A stretch of 64,000 nucleotides of DNA from Candidatus Latescibacterota bacterium (lineage in GTDB: Bacteria > Latescibacterota > UBA2968 > GCA-2709665). This document shows positions 58,791 to 64,000 of the stretch, one piece after another. A model generated the notes under the pieces. It saw only the letters and a list, made by a program, of their open reading frames with translations. It ran no database searches and had not been told where the DNA came from. Location of the stretch: contig OZ244937.1 in assembly GCA_965222075.1 (NCBI GenBank), forward strand, positions 3,072,001 through 3,136,000, written 5' to 3'. Numbering within the stretch: the stretch's first letter is position 1; each line of letters opens with the position of its first letter. The position numbers were made by a program, and so were the translations under genes.

Positions 58791-60179
58791 ATGCCTGAAC
58801 ATCTCGATACCGAAGAACTTATAGAAGCCTCCCGACACCTCTGGCAGAACTATTTCCCAGGCAAGCAACCGGCCAAACACCCCGGCGTGCTGGTCCGCGG
58901 CGAAGGCCTCTATGTCTACGACGCCGATGGCAACCGCTATCTCGACACCTTCGCGTCCCTCCTCACCACCCTGTGCGGGCACGGCCGGCCCGAGGTGGTC
59001 AAAGCCGTCAAAGATCAGATGGAGAAACTGTCCTACTTCCCGGGGGGCCAGAACTTCATCATGGAACCTACGGTGAGACTGGCGAAGGTGCTCGCCGAAA
59101 TCACCCCCGGGGACCTCTCCGTCACGTTCTTCGTAAACGACGGTTCGGAGGCCTGCGAAGCGGCCATCAAAATGGCCCGCCAGTACTTCTGGACAAAGGG
59201 GGAAAAGACCCGCCAGAAAATCATCTTCCGCCGCTACTCCTACCACGGCGCAACCCTCGGCGCCCTCTCCGCTACCGGCCTGCCCGCCATGCGGGAGCCC
59301 TTCGAGCCGCTCCTGCCCGGCTTCACGCACGTCATGCCCGCGTGGTGCTACCGGTGTGAACTCGACCTGCACCCTGCTTCGTGCGGTGTGGCCTGTCTGA
59401 AGAACCTGGAAGCTACGGTCCAGTGGGAAGGTCCGGATTCTGTCGCAGCCATCATCATGGACCCCATCCCAGGCTCGAACACCGGCTTCCCGCTGCCCCC
59501 GGACGGCTACATCGAGGGCGTGCGTGAGCTGTGCGACCGGTACGGCATCCTCTTAATCTTCGACGAGATCCAGGTCGGCTTCGGCCGCACCGGCAAGATG
59601 TTCTGCTGCGAAAACTGGGGCGTAACGCCCGACATCATGGCCGTCGCAAAAGGCTTCTCCGGCGGCTACCTCCCCCTGGGCGCCGCCATTGCCACAGACC
59701 GGATCGCGGAAGCCTTCCGCGCGTCCGGCTCCGGATTCCGGCACGTCCATACCTACTCAGGCCACGCCGTGGCCTGCGCCGCCGCCCTGGCCAACATCGA
59801 AATCATCCGGAAGGAAGGCCTGGTCCAAAAGGCGGCCGCGTTGGGAGCCTATCTGAAGCCGAAACTGGAGGAGCTTTACAAATACCCGATCGTGGGCGAC
59901 GTACGCGGCATCGGCACCCTCTGGGCGGTCGAACTGGTGGCGAACCGTGAGACCCGCGCGCCCTTCTCTCCGCCGGGCCGCGCAGGTTCATTCATCGGCA
60001 GCGCCTGCTGGGAATCCGGCATCATCCTCCGCAACAACGGCGACATCCTCGTCATAGCGCCCGCGCTCATCATGACGGACGAGCAGGCGGATGAAATGAC
60101 CGGCATGCTGGACAGCGCTATTGCGGAAGCCATGAAACGTTGTACGGCCGATAACGGCACACTGCAGTGGTCTGAATAG
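58791..60179 (+). CDS. Class III PLP aminotransferase (omega-transaminase-like)
   Basis: GSEA.E.A.K, YHG.T, FDEIQVGFGRTG, PDI...AKG, HTYSGH; alternative start at 58746. Confidence 0.92.
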   Translation: MPEHLDTEELIEASRHLWQNYFPGKQPAKHPGVLVRGEGLYVYDADGNRYLDTFASLLTTLCGHGRPEVVKAVKDQMEKLSYFPGGQNFIMEPTVRLAKVLAEITPGDLSVTFFVNDGSEACEAAIKMARQYFWTKGEKTRQKIIFRRYSYHGATLGALSATGLPAMREPFEPLLPGFTHVMPAWCYRCELDLHPASCGVACLKNLEATVQWEGPDSVAAIIMDPIPGSNTGFPLPPDGYIEGVRELCDRYGILLIFDEIQVGFGRTGKMFCCENWGVTPDIMAVAKGFSGGYLPLGAAIATDRIAEAFRASGSGFRHVHTYSGHAVACAAALANIEIIRKEGLVQKAAALGAYLKPKLEELYKYPIVGDVRGIGTLWAVELVANRETRAPFSPPGRAGSFIGSACWESGIILRNNGDILVIAPALIMTDEQADEMTGMLDSAIAEAMKRCTADNGTLQWSE

Positions 60180-60221
60180 CGGACGCTGAATTGCGCCAGA
60201 GGGCGAGGAGGGCGTGTTCGC

Positions 60222-60938
60222 ATGCAACAGGATTTTGAATCGAAGGTCCACCTGCTCAAAGATTCCACATATCCCGGCAGGGGGATCATTATCGGTCAGA
60301 CGCCCGGTTCAAGGCAATTTGTCCAGGTTTACTGGATTATGGGGAGAAGTGAGAAGAGCAGGAACAGGGTTTTTGTCGCGGAGGGTGCGTCTGTAAAGAC
60401 GGACCTGGTTGATCGATCGAAGGCAGAAGATGCATCGTTGATTCTTTACTATCCGGTCAAAGTGATCAACAGCTGTCATATTGTGACCAACGGCGACCAA
60501 ACGGATACGATCTACGAATCGATTCGGGATGAAAGCTTGTTTGAAGCGGCTTTAAATACCCGGTCGTTCGAACCGGATGCGCCGAATTTTACGCCGAGGA
60601 TATCGGGTCTGGTTGACCTGGACGACGATCAGAACGCATATCAACTTTGTGTCATCAAAACGATTTCAAACAGACCGGATTATTGCACACGGCAATATTT
60701 CAATTACGAGACAGCAGTTCCGGGAATCGGTCACTGTATCACGACATACAAAGACGATGGAAGCCCCCTTCCCTCGTTTTGCGGAGAGCCATTTACCGTG
60801 GAGCTGTTTGACGATATTGGGGCTACGGCCGATTTTTATTGGGACGTTTTGAATGAGGACAACAGGGTGTCACTGCTTGTCAAATTTATAGATGCTGAGA
60901 CAGGAGAGCAGGAACTCAAGATCGTCAATAAATATTGA
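60222..60938 (+). CDS. IMP cyclohydrolase, PurO-like
   Basis: YPGRGI, GRS..SRNR, IVTNGDQTD, FEPDAPNFTPRISG. Confidence 0.85.
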   Translation: MQQDFESKVHLLKDSTYPGRGIIIGQTPGSRQFVQVYWIMGRSEKSRNRVFVAEGASVKTDLVDRSKAEDASLILYYPVKVINSCHIVTNGDQTDTIYESIRDESLFEAALNTRSFEPDAPNFTPRISGLVDLDDDQNAYQLCVIKTISNRPDYCTRQYFNYETAVPGIGHCITTYKDDGSPLPSFCGEPFTVELFDDIGATADFYWDVLNEDNRVSLLVKFIDAETGEQELKIVNKY

Positions 60939-60970
60939 GTTCTGTCCTATTGGGAAGACGGAGATTGTGT

Positions 60971-61753
60971 ATGGCCATCGTGATTAAGTCTGAATCCGAA
61001 GTCGAGGCGATGCGGCAGAGCGGGAAGGCGGCGTCGGTTTTACTGCAAAGGGTCGGGGAGGCCGTCGGGCCCGGTGTTTCGACTTACGATCTGGATCGGA
61101 TTTCACGCAGGACGATCAAGGAGCTGGGGGGTGTTTCTTCGTTTTTGGGCTATCGACCTGCAGGGCACGATTCGTATCCGGCTACGGTATGCGCTTCGAT
61201 CAACGAGGAGGTCGTTCACGGTATCCCGAGCAGAAAACGGGTTCTGAACGAGGGGGATATTGTGGGGATTGATGTGGCGATTCGCCTGGGGGGGTATCAC
61301 GGGGACAATGCGTTCACGTTTCCCATCGGCAAGATCTCACCGGAAGCACAGAAGCTGGTGGATGTGACCCGGGCATCGCTCTACAAAGCGATTGAGGCGG
61401 CAAAGCCGGGCAACCGGCTGGGGGACATTGGCTTTGCGGTGCAGAGCTACGTGGAGACGCATGGGTTTTCGGTCGTTCGGGAGCTCTGCGGCCACGGGAT
61501 TGGACAGAAGATGTGGGAGCAGCCCCAGGTTGTGAACTACGGAACGTCCGGTAAAGGCACCCGGTTAAAACCCGGGATGGTACTTGCGATTGAACCCATG
61601 GTCTGCGTGGACACTCACGAGGTGATCTTCTTGGATGATGGCTGGACGTCCATTTCGGCGGACCGGAGTTTGTCCGCACATTTTGAACACACCGTTGCGA
61701 TTCTCTCCGACGGACCGGAGATTCTGACTTACAGCGACCTCTGGGAGGGGTAG
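60971..61753 (+). CDS. map: Type I methionine aminopeptidase
   Basis: CASINEEVVHGIP, D..D, GHGIG, AIEPM, SAHFEHT. Confidence 0.95.
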   Translation: MAIVIKSESEVEAMRQSGKAASVLLQRVGEAVGPGVSTYDLDRISRRTIKELGGVSSFLGYRPAGHDSYPATVCASINEEVVHGIPSRKRVLNEGDIVGIDVAIRLGGYHGDNAFTFPIGKISPEAQKLVDVTRASLYKAIEAAKPGNRLGDIGFAVQSYVETHGFSVVRELCGHGIGQKMWEQPQVVNYGTSGKGTRLKPGMVLAIEPMVCVDTHEVIFLDDGWTSISADRSLSAHFEHTVAILSDGPEILTYSDLWEG

Positions 61754-61767
61754 AGGCGGTCTGAGAC

Positions 61768-62493
61768 ATGGGTGGAACATTCAAACGGTTCTGGCCCCAT
61801 ATAGTGTGCGCGGCAATTGCGCTGGGGCTGTGGGGTACGCCGGTGGTGAAGCCGTTCCGGGTATACATGGTGATGATCCACGAGATGGGCCATGCCGGGG
61901 CCACGATTTTGACGGGGGGAGAGGTCCTGGAGATGCGGACCAACTGGAACGAGTCGGGGCATACGACGAGCCGGGGGGGATCTTTCACGGTGACCAGTTC
62001 GGCAGGCTACGTGGGATCGGCGTTCCTGGGGGCGTTTGTGATTTATGCGGGGAACTGGGCGCTGCTGCAGCGCATCCTGCTGGCGGGAATTGGGGGCCTG
62101 AGTCTGGGGATGACGCTTCTTTATACCCCTGCGGTGGGGGTGGATTTCGTTGTCGGTGTTTTAAGCGGGGGGTTGCTGCTGCTTGTTGCGGGTCGATATC
62201 CGAGGATAGCGGAGGTGGCTGCGACCTGGATGGGGGTGATGCTCTGTCTGTACAGTCTGCACGATTTTCGGACGGATCTGTGGATGTATCCGGAGAAGAC
62301 GGATGCGGGCATACTCGCCCGGCACTGGGGGCTGCCGGTTCTGGCCTATCCGATTGCGTTTTTCTGGGCGGCCATTTCGATTGCCGCCATGTACCTGGCC
62401 ATGCGGGCTGTGGAACGACGGGGTAGACGGCTGGAGACGCAAGCAGAACAGGGGGACGCTGTTGAGGAGGGGGAAGGGCTCGGTTTAGAGTAG
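61768..62493 (+). CDS. M50B-like membrane metallopeptidase
   Basis: HEMGH, SAGY.G and TDA motifs; multiple TM segments. Confidence 0.8.
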   Translation: MGGTFKRFWPHIVCAAIALGLWGTPVVKPFRVYMVMIHEMGHAGATILTGGEVLEMRTNWNESGHTTSRGGSFTVTSSAGYVGSAFLGAFVIYAGNWALLQRILLAGIGGLSLGMTLLYTPAVGVDFVVGVLSGGLLLLVAGRYPRIAEVAATWMGVMLCLYSLHDFRTDLWMYPEKTDAGILARHWGLPVLAYPIAFFWAAISIAAMYLAMRAVERRGRRLETQAEQGDAVEEGEGLGLE

Positions 62494-62513
62494 GGGCGAC
62501 CGGCCGGTCGCCC
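62490..62513. repeat. GTAG-type REP-like palindrome
   Basis: GTAG-GGGCGACCGGCCGGTCGCCC, perfect palindrome. Confidence 0.65.
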
Positions 62514-62631
62514 GGGCGCTGTATTATCCGATGATTCCGTACGGCAACGACCTGGAGTAAAGATCCAATCTTCAGTTTACCTCGGGACAACCGGGCAACG
62601 GTCCTGCCCTGTTATCCGGTAGGGATAATCC

Positions 62632-64000
62632 GTGTCAACCACACCCAGCGCACCAGACGCACTCATTGTTTCCGGCGACGACCGTGTTCAGAAAATTCTG
62701 GCGCAGGAAGATGCCGTTGTTGTGCCCGCCTATGCGTTTTTCCTGGATGGTTTCGTGAAAGATACGTTTACCGAATATGCCAATCCCTCGATCTACCGTC
62801 CGCCATCGGTTTGCAGCGCCCGCCTGGTGAGTACCCTGCGGGATATGTACCAGTTTAAAGAGACCGGCACATACTATTTCGGCTTTACGATGTATGCCGA
62901 CGCCGGATATGACGAGCCGGTTGAGGTCTGGGTCGGCCACGAACAGGTTGCGCTGGCCCGGCATCCCGACCCGGATAATCGGGTGCATCTTTTTGTGGCG
63001 CCCAAACCAATTGGTTTTCAGGGCGGTGAGCTCAAACGCCTGATCACCGGGAAAACAGACGGTCCGTGTCGGATTGAAAATGTGGTTCTTCTCAAGAAAC
63101 GACCCCGGCCGACGCCGCCCGAATTGACCGTTCTTTCCCCCCATGTGGACGTCCGCCACGATAACGGCAAAGCCTGTGCCTATATTACGTGGATGACCAG
63201 CCGGCCCGCGTCGGGACGGTTGCGCTGGGGCAGCGGCAAGAGGCTGTCCAGGACCGTTGAGATGGCCGGTCCGCTGGCCAACCACGAAGTGGTTCTGGAA
63301 GGTCTGGACCTGAACAAGTCGTACCGGTTTGAGCTGGATCTGACCGGGCGTGTGGAGGGGCTCAAAGCTGCATATGCCGGAGTGTTCAAGACGGATCTTA
63401 CAGCGCCTTCAAGCCGGGTGAAAAAGGGGCGCGTTCCGATTCGGCTGCGTCGACCCGGCAATGGGCTGTGGCCGGTTTCTGTGGGTGTGCCCTTTCCAAA
63501 AGGTGCGCTGGGCAGCGAGGATGAGATTCGGCTGGTGGATAAGCGTGGGGCAGAGGTGGGACTTCAGGCGCGCAGTCTTGCGCGGTGGGAGGATGGCTCG
63601 GTGCGCTGGGCGCTGCTGGATTTTCAGGCGGACGGAAAGCATGAGTATACCGCTGAATACGGCAGTGAGGTTTCCCGTTCTGTGCCTGGTGATAGGCTGG
63701 AGGTGTCGGAGTCGGAGACGTCGGTTGTGGTGACGACCGGGCCGCTGCGCGTGGAATTTCCGAAGGGCCGGGTGGTATTTCCGGGTGTGGTGTGGGTGAA
63801 ACGGACAGACGGGTCGTATCGCAAGCTATCGGGACCCTCTGCCGGGGTGCGTCTGACCGGGGCCGATGGATCGGTGTATGGATCGGGCAAGCCGGAGGCG
63901 GTGGTGGTGGAAGAGGCCGGTTCTGAGCGGGTGTGCGTGCGTGTGGAGGCGGTCCACCGGCTGCGCAGCCGGTCGTTGTTCCACTCGATTTTGCGCGTGC
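62632..64000 (+). CDS. Partial large protein: FN3-like domain plus exo-rhamnogalacturonan lyase/YetA-like N-terminal domain (absent from ORF track, runs off edge)
   Basis: Open frame from GTG 62632; ITWMTSRPASG..HEVVLEGL; WPVSVGVPFPKGAL..RWEDGSVRWALLDF. Confidence 0.7.
   Translation, partial: MSTTPSAPDALIVSGDDRVQKILAQEDAVVVPAYAFFLDGFVKDTFTEYANPSIYRPPSVCSARLVSTLRDMYQFKETGTYYFGFTMYADAGYDEPVEVWVGHEQVALARHPDPDNRVHLFVAPKPIGFQGGELKRLITGKTDGPCRIENVVLLKKRPRPTPPELTVLSPHVDVRHDNGKACAYITWMTSRPASGRLRWGSGKRLSRTVEMAGPLANHEVVLEGLDLNKSYRFELDLTGRVEGLKAAYAGVFKTDLTAPSSRVKKGRVPIRLRRPGNGLWPVSVGVPFPKGALGSEDEIRLVDKRGAEVGLQARSLARWEDGSVRWALLDFQADGKHEYTAEYGSEVSRSVPGDRLEVSESETSVVVTTGPLRVEFPKGRVVFPGVVWVKRTDGSYRKLSGPSAGVRLTGADGSVYGSGKPEAVVVEEAGSERVCVRVEAVHRLRSRSLFHSILRV

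Noticed and set aside
62520-62630. TTATCC/GGATAA motifs as oriC DnaA boxes
   Set aside because: None matches TTATNCACA, and there is no AT-rich unwinding region or dnaA.
87-63890. Numerous long Pro/Arg-rich ORFs overlapping the called genes (e.g. 1144..2895, 7073..8560, 16940..18340, 25142..26485)
   Set aside because: Antisense or alternate-frame shadows typical of high-GC DNA; no recognisable motifs.

Overview
A GC-rich bacterial chromosome segment with dense coding and no rRNA, tRNA, CRISPR array or recognisable transposase. The TonB receptor/PorV-like/CTD-type proteins and the many heparinase, sulfatase and DegT-type enzymes suggest an FCB-group organism such as Latescibacterota (inference only). 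From 1 to 25 kb is a minus-strand catabolic/uptake region: heparinase II/III-like paralogs, metallohydrolases, a BHMT-like pair, a TBDR + CTD protein + PorV trio, a GntR regulator with an operator, and a sulfatase. From 25 to 39 kb are S1, ArfB-like, thiL, hisA, an RND permease, a secreted TldD/E pair, CopA and a LysM amidase. From 39.6 to 47.3 kb is an unusual phage-shock/envelope-stress supercluster: sigma54 promoter with paired enhancers, PspA, a hidden frameshifted winged-helix gene, PspB-like repeats, a PspG-like peptide, an ECF sigma, NfeD, flotillin, a TPR histidine kinase and a receiver-fused PspF-like activator. From 47 to 64 kb are metabolic genes, including a probable unannotated thioredoxin-fold selenoprotein (C-V-U with a SECIS hairpin 11 nt after UGA) that the ORF track splits in two. 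All family calls come from motif recognition, not database searches.
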